From an uncultured Acidobacteriota bacterium (GTDB lineage Bacteria > Acidobacteriota > JAQAZP01), in NCBI GenBank assembly GCA_963836075.1, contig CAWIIB010000001.1, positions 640,001 through 704,000 on the forward strand: a DNA stretch of 64,000 nucleotides, in the 5' to 3' direction. Position 1 is the first letter of the stretch. Every line of letters begins with the position of its first letter. A program made the translations under genes and the position numbers. Positions 8,579 through 18,175 of this stretch are shown here, in pieces. The notes under the pieces were generated by a model. The model had not been told where the DNA came from, made no database searches, and saw only the letters and a program-made list of their open reading frames with translations.

Positions 8579-10455
8579 TGCAGCTCGATGGGCAGTTCAC
8601 AGGTGGCGGAACCACGGTTCTCGAACCAGTCGATGAACTCGTCCACCAGATCGATCTTCAGCCGAAACTGGCCGTGGCAGTGCAGCGGCGGGACCGAGAC
8701 GAACACCCGGTCGGTCTGACCGGGAAAGAGGTTGCGCGCCAGGTAGAACCGGGGGAAGGCCTCGCGGACCATCTTGCCCTCGGTGTCGAAGAGCTTGAGC
8801 CCCAGGGCCACGTGCCCGCCGCCGGGCAACGGGTTGGCCAGCCAGACCGTGTCACCGAGGTTCTCCAGTTCCACCTCGATGGGGATCTCGGCGTGGGCAT
8901 ACATCCGCTCGGGGTGGGAGGTGACGCGGATCCGGGCCCGCAGTTCGCCGGGGGTCAGGCTGGTGGGCAGCCGCCCGCCCTCGCGGTAGATGGCGGGCAG
9001 CGGCTCCTCGGACAGCGGCCGGCGGAGAAACGGCGACAGGCAGTCCAGCAGGCTGATCTCGTGGACCATGATGCCGAGGTCCATGGTACAGCGGGTCAGC
9101 TCGGCCTCGAAGATGGCATCCACCTCGAAACGGACCTCGCAGTCCTCTTCGCCGTTGCGCTCCACCGGGAAGTGGTGTGTCTGCCAGCTGTCCAGCACCG
9201 GCACGGTCCCCAGGCAGTGACCGTTGCCGTAGACCGAGAGCTGCGGGACATTGACCAGCGCATAGGGGCAGTTGACGTGCACCTGCAGGGTCAGCCCCTC
9301 CCCCTCGGGGACACCGAGGCGGCAGACCGCCGAGCGGCCGATCCAGCGGAAGCGGCCCCCGTCCTCGCCGTCCAGGTTGTACCAGCCCATGCCCAGGTGC
9401 CCGTCGCTGACCCCCATGATCACCCGGTGGGGGTAACGGCCGCCCTCCGGCCGCTGGAAGGGATCGTAGTCCAGCTCCTGTCCGACGTTCACCGGCACAT
9501 CCACCCGCTGCTCCAGGAGAGCCCAGAAGGAGGCGGGGATCTTTTTGCGGTTGCGCAGCCGGGAAACCAGGATTCGGGGCAGCCGCAGCAGGGTGGCCAG
9601 AATGGCGCGTATCCGCATCCGGCAGTAGGTGTAGTGACCCGACCGGAGGTTCTCGCTGAACAGCTCCCACTCCCGCCCGAGAATCCGGGTGAAGACCCAG
9701 GGGATCTTGCGCAGGGGGAAGAATTTGAGGACGAAGAGAAAGTAGTTGCGCTTGGAGAGCAGCACCTTGGTCAGCGGCTGGCGTTCGAAGAAGGCCGAGT
9801 ACTTGTGGTAGACGATGGAATCGGGCGCCACCTGCACCGTGTAACCGCACATCCGCACCCGCAGGGCCAGGTCCACGTCCTCGAAGTAGGCGAAGTACAT
9901 CGGGTCGAACAGGCCGGCGGCCTCCAGGGCCTCGCGCCTGATCAGCAGCGCCGCCCCGCAGACGCTGACCACCTCCCGCACCTCCTGCCACCGCGGCCCG
10001 TCGATCCGGCCCACGCAGGCGTCCCAGGCAAAACCCAGCAGGTTCATCCCGTGACCGAAACTGCTGATCAGGCCCCGCTGGGAGAACATCAGGATTTTCG
10101 ATCCGCAGATGCCCACCTCGGGGTCGGCCTCCATCACCTCCAGCAGGCCGTCCAGCCAGTCCGGCTCGACCTCGGTGTCCGCGTTGAGCAGCATCACGTA
10201 GTCGGCGCCCGATTTCAGGGCGTGAAGAAACCCCACGTTGTTCCCCCGGGCAAAGCCGATGTTGCGGTCGTTGACCACCACTTCCACCCCGGGGTAGCGC
10301 TCACGGACAAACTCCACGCTGCCGTCGGAGGAGGCGTTGTCCACCAGGAGGATGTGATGGTTGGGATAGGTGGTGCGCAGCAGCGAGTCGAGACAGCAGC
10401 CCAGATGGTCCTTGCCGTTCCAGTTGAGGATAATGCTCACCACACGGGGTTTCAT
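8575..10455 (-). CDS. Glycosyltransferase family 2 with long C-terminal extension
   Basis: IILNWNG, VDNASSDGS, GFARGNN, LLNADT, YFAYFEDVDL; ~300 extra C-terminal residues; 4-bp overlap with the GT4 gene. Confidence 0.88.
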   Translation of the reverse strand: MKPRVVSIILNWNGKDHLGCCLDSLLRTTYPNHHILLVDNASSDGSVEFVRERYPGVEVVVNDRNIGFARGNNVGFLHALKSGADYVMLLNADTEVEPDWLDGLLEVMEADPEVGICGSKILMFSQRGLISSFGHGMNLLGFAWDACVGRIDGPRWQEVREVVSVCGAALLIRREALEAAGLFDPMYFAYFEDVDLALRVRMCGYTVQVAPDSIVYHKYSAFFERQPLTKVLLSKRNYFLFVLKFFPLRKIPWVFTRILGREWELFSENLRSGHYTYCRMRIRAILATLLRLPRILVSRLRNRKKIPASFWALLEQRVDVPVNVGQELDYDPFQRPEGGRYPHRVIMGVSDGHLGMGWYNLDGEDGGRFRWIGRSAVCRLGVPEGEGLTLQVHVNCPYALVNVPQLSVYGNGHCLGTVPVLDSWQTHHFPVERNGEEDCEVRFEVDAIFEAELTRCTMDLGIMVHEISLLDCLSPFLRRPLSEEPLPAIYREGGRLPTSLTPGELRARIRVTSHPERMYAHAEIPIEVELENLGDTVWLANPLPGGGHVALGLKLFDTEGKMVREAFPRFYLARNLFPGQTDRVFVSVPPLHCHGQFRLKIDLVDEFIDWFENRGSATCELPIELQ

Positions 10456-10726
10456 CGGGCCTGGCCGCTGCTTTCCCGCCTCCGGCAGGCGATGTGATCG
10501 GTGTTTTCCGGCCGGGCCTTTGCTCTCGCCCGCCCGGGGACGAGGATGCTGAATCAGGAAAAGCATCATACGTGACAGTTATTTGCACTGTCAACGAAGC
10601 CCGCGGATGCCGGCCCCCGCGCCGTGGAACAGCCCTCAAGAGTGCGCTGCCGGCAGCCGTTAAAGAATATGGCGCTACCGTTATGCGTAGGAAGAGTGTG
10701 GCTGCATACATATCGGAGGTCCCAGG

Positions 10727-11861
10727 ATGGCTATCAGGGATGTGGTTTTCCTAGAAGTTCTCGAGTGGTTCGACCAGAGCGGTACCGAGGTCGCCCACCG
10801 GCTGCCGGAGAGCGGGTCGGGAGAGTTCAAGTTCGGCGCCCAGTGCATCGTCCGAGACAGCCAGGCCGCAGTCTTCTATTCCGGCGGCGTGGCTTGCGAC
10901 GCCCTCGGACCGGGCCGGCATACCCTGACCACCAAGAACGTCCCGCTGCTGACCAAGCTGCTCTCCCTGCCCTGGGGCGGCACCAGCCCCTTCCGGGCCG
11001 AGGTCTACTTCGTCAACCTGCGGGTGATCAACAACCTCAAGTGGGGCACCCGCGACCCGGTGGCCTTCCGGGACAGCGAGCTGGGCCTGGTCCGGCTGCG
11101 GGCCCACGGCGTCTGCAACATCCAGGTCACCCAACCGGTGCTCTTTGTCAACAGCCTGGTGGGCACCGAACCGACCTACGATGTGGACCGGCTGGAAAAC
11201 TACCTCAGCGAGATCGTGGTCTCACGTCTCAACGACCACCTGGGTGAAAACCTCAGCACCCTGCTCGACCTGCCCAGCCACTACGCAGAGCTCTCCGACG
11301 GCCTGGCCCAGCGGCTGGCCGCCGACCTTTCGCAGTACGGCATCGGTCTGCGCGACCTCTATCTCAACGCCATCACGCCGCCGGCCGATGTGCAACAGGC
11401 CATCGACGACCGCAGCCGCCTCGGTGTTCTGGGCGACGAGCTGCCGAAGCTGATGAAGATGAAGACGGCCATGGCCCTGGAGAAAGCGGCGGCCAGCGGC
11501 GGTGCGGCGGAAGGGGGGATCGGCATGGGCCTGGGCCTGATGGTCCCCGGCCTGCTGGCCGGGATGCACGGCGGCGCGCCGGCACAGGCGTCCGCCGGCC
11601 AGACCGGGGACAGCGATCCCTGCCCCGAGTGCGGCCTGCCCGCCGGGCCGGGTGCGCGGTTCTGCCCGCACTGCGGCCACCAGATGCTGGTGCTGCGCAA
11701 GTGTGCCAAGTGCGGCAAGAACCTCAGCCCCAAGGCCCGGTTCTGCCCCTCCTGCGGCACCCCGGGCAGCAGCCTGGCCGCGGCGCAGGAACTGCCCGTC
11801 GTGCAAGAGCGAGAACCGGCCGGAATCGGTCTTCTGCAACCAGTGCGGGGAAAAGCTCTGA
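10727..11861 (+). CDS. SPFH/band-7 domain protein (YdjI-like) with C-terminal zinc ribbons; apparent frameshift near 11780
   Basis: GAQCIVRDSQAAVF..LGPGRHTLTTKNVP..PFRAEVYFVN..KWGTRDP; CxxC pairs CPEC/CPHC/CAKC/CPSC continue as CPSC..CNQCGEKL* in ORF 11652..11861. Confidence 0.85.
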
Positions 11862-11897
11862 GCCCTCGGAGCCCCGCCCTGATCGCCCCGGTGCGCC

Positions 11898-13185
11898 GTG
11901 GACAAGAGCAAACCCTGGCAGGCCCGCATGCGAATGCCCCCAGTGCGGGGCCGTGGTGGAACTGGATGTGGGCAGCCCCCTGCTGGTCTGCCCCTTCTGC
12001 CGCACCACCCTCTACCTCTGCCCCCGTGGCCCGCTGACCTACTTCATGGAGGCCCACCGTCGGCCCGGCGCCGGTAAGGAGATCCTGGTCCACCTGCCCT
12101 TCTGGCGCTTTCGCGGTATTCGCTACCGGGTGCTGGACAGCAAGATCGGCGGAACCCTGTTGGACGCCACCACGCCTGCCGTGGGGGGCCTGCCCACCGG
12201 CGGCCACCCTGGGCATCCGGCCCCAGGTGGCCCCGCTGACCCTGCTGTCCAACGGCCGCAAAGCGCTGCCGGCAACCATCCCCGACCACGAGGCCCTGCA
12301 ACACGCCCAGACCCGGGTGAAGATGGCCGAAGCGGAACGGCCCGACCTGGAGCGGTTTATCGGTGAGACCCAGTGCCTGATCCACGCCCCCTTCCTGCTG
12401 CGCCCGGAACCCGGCCGGGGATGGCGGCGACCTCCACGGGGCCTGGGTCGGCTCCTCGTTCCGCCACCGGCTCTCCCCGGAAGAGTACCAGCGGCTGGAG
12501 CAGGAGAGCCGCCGGCCCGCAACCGCGGTGTCCATGAGCTTCCTCACCCTGGTCTGCCCGGAGTGCGCCGGCGGCCTGCCGGCGGTGACCAGTGCAGTGG
12601 CCCTGGTCTGCACCTGCTGCCTCAGGGCATGGCGCATCCGGGGCCAGGAATACCAGCCCCTGAAGTACCGCGGTGCTGCGCACCGCCGACCCGGGGCCCG
12701 GAGGGCGCTTCCTGCCCTTCTGGCAGCTGGACCTGCAGCTGGGCGGAATCGACCTGGCCACGCGGGCCGAAATGCGCAGGGCCCTGATCCCCTACCAGGA
12801 ACCTCCCGCCTCCTGGGAGGACGAGCCGCTGCAGCTCTTTGTCCCGGCGTTCAAGCTCAACCCCCAGGTGCTGATCCGCCTGGCCGGCAACATCAGCCTG
12901 GCGCCATTTGACCGCCCCGATGAAACCGCTGAGTTCCGCCCGGGCGAGCAAGCGGAATCACTGCGCCTGCCCCTCACCGAGGCGGCCCAGGCGGTAAAAG
13001 TGGTGCTGTGCAGCCTGTTCGGCAGGAACCGGCGCCTGGCCCCCCTGGTGCCCGCTTCGGCCATCCGCATCCGCAGGGCCCGCCTGGTCTTCCTGCCCTT
13101 CCGCAACCGCGGCCGGGATTTCATCGAGCCCTGCTCCAACCAGTCGGTGCCCGCCGCCGCCCTGCGTCTGGGACACGCCCTCTGA
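11898..13185 (+). CDS. Zinc-ribbon-containing hypothetical protein, broken by several frameshifts
   Basis: Pieces in successive frames: CPQCGA..CPFCRT..LPFWRFRG / ..FIGET..IHAPF / CPECAG..CTCC..W / FLPFW..LFVPAFK..LVFLPF..GHAL*. Start approximate. Confidence 0.6.
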
Positions 13186-13196
13186 ACACCCGGCCC

Positions 13197-13226
13197 TTGA
13201 CGCACCGGAACAGCGCCTCCTAAAAT
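13197..13226 (+). promoter_or_regulatory. Possible sigma70 promoter for the S8 peptidase gene
   Basis: TTGACG-N18-TAAAAT in an AT-rich intergenic region. Confidence 0.4.
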
Positions 13227-13360
13227 GATTTCAGCTTAAAAAAAACACGATAGCGGTCTGTGATAAAATCTGTAAGACGGCACTGTTGACCAACCGGCAG
13301 CCGCGGCTCGCGGCCGCCGCATTACGGGGTTGACCCATTCAAGCCCCCTGGGAGACTGCG

Positions 13361-14842
13361 ATGAACCCGATACACCGCCTGATCGGCGTCACGGCCCTGA
13401 CGCTGACCATCGTCCTGCTCATTTCCAGCCCGCCCGTCATGGCGCTGCTGGGCGACGTTGACGGGTCCGGCCGGATCGACGGGATGGACCTGATCCTCTT
13501 TGCCCACACCTTCGGCTCTCTGGAAGGCGACGAGCGCTACGAGCTCTCCGCCGATTTCAACCAGACCGGCGATATCGACGGGCTGGACCTGATCATCCTG
13601 GCCAACAACTTCGGCACCAACACGGCCGAGGAGGCCCGGATCGAATTCGTGCCCGGCGAGGTGCTGGTGAAGTTTGCCGGCACCAGCGATGACCGGATAC
13701 GGGAGATCCTGGCCCGGGAGAACGCCCAGGTCAAAAAGCAATACCCCCGCTGCGGGGTGCACCTGGTGACCTTCAACAACGGCCTCACCGAGGAGGTGAC
13801 CGCGGCCAGGCTGATGGTGCACCAGGAGGTGGAGTACGCCGAGCGCAACCTGATCTGCCGGCCCTCCTGGCGGCCCAACGACCCGCTGTTCATCAACCAG
13901 TGGAACTTCCAGCAACTGGATATGGAAGCGGCGTGGGATCTGAACCGCGGCGGCAGCCCGTCGGTGATCGTGGCGGTAATCGATTCCGGCGTGGCCTACG
14001 AGAATTTCGGCGAGTTCGGCCGCGCCCCCGACCTGGCCGGCGTGAACTTTGTCCACTCCTGGGACTTCGTGGACAACGACAGTCACGCCAACGACCAGGA
14101 CGGGCACGGGACCCACGTCACCGGCACCATCGCCCAGGCCACCAACAACGGGTACGGCTCCACCGGAGTGGCCTTCAACAGTTCGATCATGCCCCTGCGG
14201 GTGGTGGGACCCGAAGGAACCGCGACCCACGGCGACATCGCCGAAGCACTGCGCTGGGCCGGGGACCACGGGGCGAAGATCGCCAACATGAGCCTCGGCG
14301 GGACCGGCGGCACCAGCACCGTGAGCGGAGCCCTGCGCGACACCTTCAACCAGGGGATGCTCAGTTTCGCCGCCAACGGCAACGACGCCAACGACCCGGA
14401 CTGGAGCACCGGCATCGACTTTCCGGCCAACGACACCAACTGCGTCGCGGTGGGGGCCATCCGTTATGACCGCACCCGCTCCTACTACTCCCAGTACGGT
14501 TCCGCGGCCGAGCTGTCGGCGCCCGGCGGTGACACGCGGGTGGACCAGGACGGGGACGGCTTCACCGATGGCGTGGTCCAGGAGACCTACGGCAACAGCT
14601 TCAACACCTTCCGTTTCTACTGGTGGCAGGGCACATCCATGGCCAGCCCCCACGCGGCCGGGGTGGCCGCGCTGATCGCCTCCATGGGCGTCAGCCAGCC
14701 GTCGGCCATTCGCAACCTGATGCGGGAATCGACGGAAGACCTCGGCCCGGCGGGATACGACGAGCAATACGGCTACGGGCTGATCAACGCCCGCATCGCC
14801 CTGGCACAGCTATCCGATGGGGGAAGCGGCTGGATCGACTGA
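13361..14842 (+). CDS. Secreted subtilisin-like S8 peptidase with N-terminal dockerin-like domain
   Basis: Signal peptide; duplicated Ca-binding motifs GDVDGSGRIDGMDL / ADFNQTGDIDGLDL; catalytic triad motifs VIDSG, GHGTHVTG, GTSMASPH. Confidence 0.92.
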   Translation: MNPIHRLIGVTALTLTIVLLISSPPVMALLGDVDGSGRIDGMDLILFAHTFGSLEGDERYELSADFNQTGDIDGLDLIILANNFGTNTAEEARIEFVPGEVLVKFAGTSDDRIREILARENAQVKKQYPRCGVHLVTFNNGLTEEVTAARLMVHQEVEYAERNLICRPSWRPNDPLFINQWNFQQLDMEAAWDLNRGGSPSVIVAVIDSGVAYENFGEFGRAPDLAGVNFVHSWDFVDNDSHANDQDGHGTHVTGTIAQATNNGYGSTGVAFNSSIMPLRVVGPEGTATHGDIAEALRWAGDHGAKIANMSLGGTGGTSTVSGALRDTFNQGMLSFAANGNDANDPDWSTGIDFPANDTNCVAVGAIRYDRTRSYYSQYGSAAELSAPGGDTRVDQDGDGFTDGVVQETYGNSFNTFRFYWWQGTSMASPHAAGVAALIASMGVSQPSAIRNLMRESTEDLGPAGYDEQYGYGLINARIALAQLSDGGSGWID

Positions 14843-14891
14843 GTCGGGGTATTCCCCCACTGTTGCGACACTACCAAGGAGTCCCTGAACG

Positions 14892-15542
14892 ATGAAGACC
14901 GAACGCACATGGATAAAGACGGGACTGGCCGTTGTCCTGTTGCTCTGCTCTTTTACCGCCGCCGACTGCCTGGCGGGCGGTTTCCTCGATGATTCCTCCG
15001 CCGGCGTCCGTCTGGGCTACTTTGAACCGACCAACGCCAGCGACAGTTACGACGCGGTCTACGGCTCGGGAGCCCTGCTCTACGGCCTGCTCTGGGACTG
15101 GCGGGTCCGCGAGTACCTGGTCATCGAAGGCGAGTACCATCACTTTGCCAAATCGGGCGAGCGGGTCAACCTGGCGGGCGGCAGCTGGGTCAGCAACGGC
15201 ATCAAGGAGGATCTGTCCTACGACTCGTTCCTGGCCACGGCCAAGTACATGTTCCGGCGGGACAGGGGCACCCAGCCCTACCTCGGCGCCGGCCTGGGCC
15301 TCTACCTCATCGACGTCTCCAGCAGCGTGGGGGGCAGCAGCTTCAGCAAGCCCGGCTACCACTTCACCGCCGGTTCCCTGTTCATGGCCAATAAAAAGAT
15401 CAACATCACCGCTGAACTGCGCTACAGCATGATCCCCAGCGTTCTCGGCGACAACCCGAACAGCGTCAGCGCCTACTACGGCGAAAGCGACGCCGGCGGG
15501 CTGGCCTTTGCCCTGGGCGTTCTGTACAGCTTCGGCAACTAA
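14892..15542 (+). CDS. Outer-membrane beta-barrel protein (OmpW/OmpA-like, probably 8 strands)
   Basis: Signal peptide, amphipathic Gly/aromatic strands, QPYLGAGLG, C-terminal GVLYSFGN. Confidence 0.75.
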   Translation: MKTERTWIKTGLAVVLLLCSFTAADCLAGGFLDDSSAGVRLGYFEPTNASDSYDAVYGSGALLYGLLWDWRVREYLVIEGEYHHFAKSGERVNLAGGSWVSNGIKEDLSYDSFLATAKYMFRRDRGTQPYLGAGLGLYLIDVSSSVGGSSFSKPGYHFTAGSLFMANKKINITAELRYSMIPSVLGDNPNSVSAYYGESDAGGLAFALGVLYSFGN

Positions 15543-15554
15543 TCAGGCAGCTCC

Positions 15555-16772
15555 ATGAACTACACACTGATTGAATCACTGGTGATTCCGGGGAGCACCC
15601 GGATCGTATTTCTGATCCTCGACGGGCTGTCCGGCCTGCCCGACCCGCAGCAGGGCACCGAGCTGCAGGCCGCCGCGACCCCGAACCTCGACGCGCTGGC
15701 GCGGCGCTCGGTCTGCGGCCTGATCGACCCCATCATGCCCGGAGTCACACCGGGCAGCGGCCCGGCCCACTTCGCCCTCTTCGGCTACGACCCGGTGGAA
15801 TGCAACATCGGGCGCGGGCTGCTGGAAGGGGTGGGCATCGGCATGGAGCTGACCCCCCGCGACGTGGTGGCCCGGATCAACTTCGCCACCATCGGCGACG
15901 ACGGGCTGATAACCGACCGCCGGGCCGGCCGGATCTCCAACGAGATCTGTCACCGGCTCTGCGACGTCCTGCAGCAGGCGGTGGACCTGGGGCCGGAGGC
16001 TGAGTTCCGCATCATGCCGGTGAAGGAACACCGGGCGATGATCCTCATCCGCGCCGACGGGCTTTCCGGCGAGATGCGCGACACCGACCCGCAGAAGGTG
16101 GGCCTGGCGCCGCTGGAACCGGCAGCCCTGCCCGGCGCGGAAGGCCCCGAAGCAGACCGCACCGCCGCGCTGGTCAGCCGCTTCGTGGCCCAGGCCCGGG
16201 AAGCCCTGGCCGGCGAGGAGAAGGCCAACGGAGTGCTCACCCGGGGCTTTGCCCGGGGCCGGAGCTACCGCTCGATGAACGAACGGTTCGGTCTGGACGC
16301 CTGCGCCATTGCCGGCTACCCGATGTATCGCGGGGTGGCCAGCCTGCTGGGCATGAAGCTGCACCCCATCACCCCCGACCCGCAGTCCTCCTTCGAAGCG
16401 CTGCAGGCGGTGTACAACGACCACGATTTCTTCTTCGTCCACGTCAAGCCCACCGACGCCCGGGGCGAGGATGGCGATTTCGAGGGAAAGAAAAAGGTGA
16501 TCGAGGAGGTTGACGCCCTGCTGCCGATGATCACCGGCCTGGAACCGGATGTGCTGGTGATCACCGGCGACCACTCCACCCCGTCCCAGATGGCGGCCCA
16601 CTCCTGGCACCCGGTTCCGGTGCTGCTCAGCAGCCCGCTCTGCCGCACCGACGCGGTGGACCGCTTCGACGAGATCGCGGCGTCCGGTGGCGGCCTGGGC
16701 CGTCAGCCGTCGGTGAACCTGATGGCCCTGGCCCTGGCCCACGCCGGACGGTTGGCCAAGTTCGGGGCATAA
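15555..16772 (+). CDS. apgM: 2,3-bisphosphoglycerate-independent phosphoglycerate mutase, ApgM type
   Basis: LILDGLSG, TPNLD, TPGSGPAHFALFGYDP, GRGLLEG, DRRAGRI, FFVHVKPTD, TGDHSTP, HSWHPVP. Confidence 0.9.
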   Translation: MNYTLIESLVIPGSTRIVFLILDGLSGLPDPQQGTELQAAATPNLDALARRSVCGLIDPIMPGVTPGSGPAHFALFGYDPVECNIGRGLLEGVGIGMELTPRDVVARINFATIGDDGLITDRRAGRISNEICHRLCDVLQQAVDLGPEAEFRIMPVKEHRAMILIRADGLSGEMRDTDPQKVGLAPLEPAALPGAEGPEADRTAALVSRFVAQAREALAGEEKANGVLTRGFARGRSYRSMNERFGLDACAIAGYPMYRGVASLLGMKLHPITPDPQSSFEALQAVYNDHDFFFVHVKPTDARGEDGDFEGKKKVIEEVDALLPMITGLEPDVLVITGDHSTPSQMAAHSWHPVPVLLSSPLCRTDAVDRFDEIAASGGGLGRQPSVNLMALALAHAGRLAKFGA

Positions 16773-16826
16773 AAACGGGGACTGTCCCGAGGTTTCCGCA
16801 GGAAACCGGGGACTGTCCCCGTTTTT
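16771..16826. repeat. Compound palindrome / bidirectional terminator with two GGGGACTGTCCC motifs (REP-like)
   Basis: AAAAACGGGGACTGTCCC-GA-GGTTTCC-GCA-GGAAACC-GGGGACTGTCCCCGTTTTT between the convergent apgM and ilvE genes. Confidence 0.7.
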
Positions 16827-16840
16827 ACATACCCCTGCCC

Positions 16841-17920
16841 CTATCCTACCAGCTTCATCCAGTCGTATTTGTCCTCGGCCTTGCCATACTGGATGTCGGT
16901 AATCTCTTTGTAGAGCCGCATGGTCACCGGGCCCGGCTCGTCGGCACAGACCGAGAACTCCTGGCCCCGGTCGGAGATGGTGCCGATGGGGGTCACCACC
17001 GCGGCAGTGCCGCAGCCGAACATCTCGGTGATCTTGCCCTGGCGCACCGACATGGCCACCTCGTCGATGGAGATGCTCCGTTCCTCGATCTCATAGCCGA
17101 GATCGGGTGCCATCTCGATGATCGAGCGGCGGGTGATGCCGGGGAGGATGGTGCCGGTGAGCGGCGAGGTGACGATGGTGGAATCGTTGAAGACGAACAT
17201 CACATTCATCGCCCCGATCTCCTCCACCAGGCGGTGTTCCTTGGCGTCGAGCCACAGCACCTGGGAGTAGCCCTGCTCCTTGGCTTCCTCGTTGGCCAGC
17301 AGCGACGCGGCGTAGTTGCCGCCGCACTTGGCCTCGCCGGTGCCCCCGGAGGCGGCGCGGGTGAACTTGTGCGAAGCCATGATCTTCACCGGCTTGCCGA
17401 TGCCGCCCTTGAAGTACGGCCCCACCGGGGAGAGGATGATGTAGAAGAGGTAGCGGTTTGCCGGGCGGACACCGAGGAACTCCTCGATGCCGATCATGGT
17501 CGGCCGGATGTAGAGCGAGCTGCCCAGTTCCGCCGGAACCCACTGCCGTTCCAGACGCACCAGCTCGATCATCGCCTCCAGCACCGGCTGCACGTCCATC
17601 ACCGGCATGCTCATTCGCTGGGCCGAGCGGTTCATCCGCTGCAGGTTCAGTTCCGGACGGAAGAGGGCCGCCCCGCCGTCCCTGGCAAAGGCCTTCATCC
17701 CCTCGAAAATGGTCTGACCGTAGTGGAAACAGACGGCGGCCGGGTGGAGCGAGAACGATTCCAGCGGCCCGATGGTGGGATCGTGCCAACCGCCCTTGTC
17801 GGCATCGTAGGCCATGGTGAATATCCGGTCGGTGAACCGGACACCGAAGCCGAGGGTATCCGGGTTCAGCTCCGCCGGATCGACCTTTGTTTCGACAACA
17901 TCCTTGATTGTGATCTCCAT
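16841..17920 (-). CDS. ilvE: Branched-chain amino acid aminotransferase
   Basis: LGFG..FTD, FHYGQTIFEGMKA, LYIRP, AKCGGNYAAS (PLP Lys), EEIGAMN, ILPGITR, GTAAVVTPIG. Confidence 0.95.
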   Translation of the reverse strand: MEITIKDVVETKVDPAELNPDTLGFGVRFTDRIFTMAYDADKGGWHDPTIGPLESFSLHPAAVCFHYGQTIFEGMKAFARDGGAALFRPELNLQRMNRSAQRMSMPVMDVQPVLEAMIELVRLERQWVPAELGSSLYIRPTMIGIEEFLGVRPANRYLFYIILSPVGPYFKGGIGKPVKIMASHKFTRAASGGTGEAKCGGNYAASLLANEEAKEQGYSQVLWLDAKEHRLVEEIGAMNVMFVFNDSTIVTSPLTGTILPGITRRSIIEMAPDLGYEIEERSISIDEVAMSVRQGKITEMFGCGTAAVVTPIGTISDRGQEFSVCADEPGPVTMRLYKEITDIQYGKAEDKYDWMKLVG

Positions 17921-18175
17921 CTATCAGTCTCCTTGGGGGTCGGCAACGGTGTTTGTTCCAGCCATTTTTCCCCGCAGGGGGGCCCCGTGTCAAGGAACGG
18001 CGCCACCGGGCGAAAGATTCCACCGGTCGACCGTCGGATCATTGAACTGGCATGGCCCACTCGTGGTAGGATAGACTGGAATTGCCGGATACCGGTTATC
18101 TGCCCGCTGTCAGACGATCCCGACCAGCCATCGGGCGGCGGCGGGAGAAGACCAACCACCACAGGAGTGTGACTC

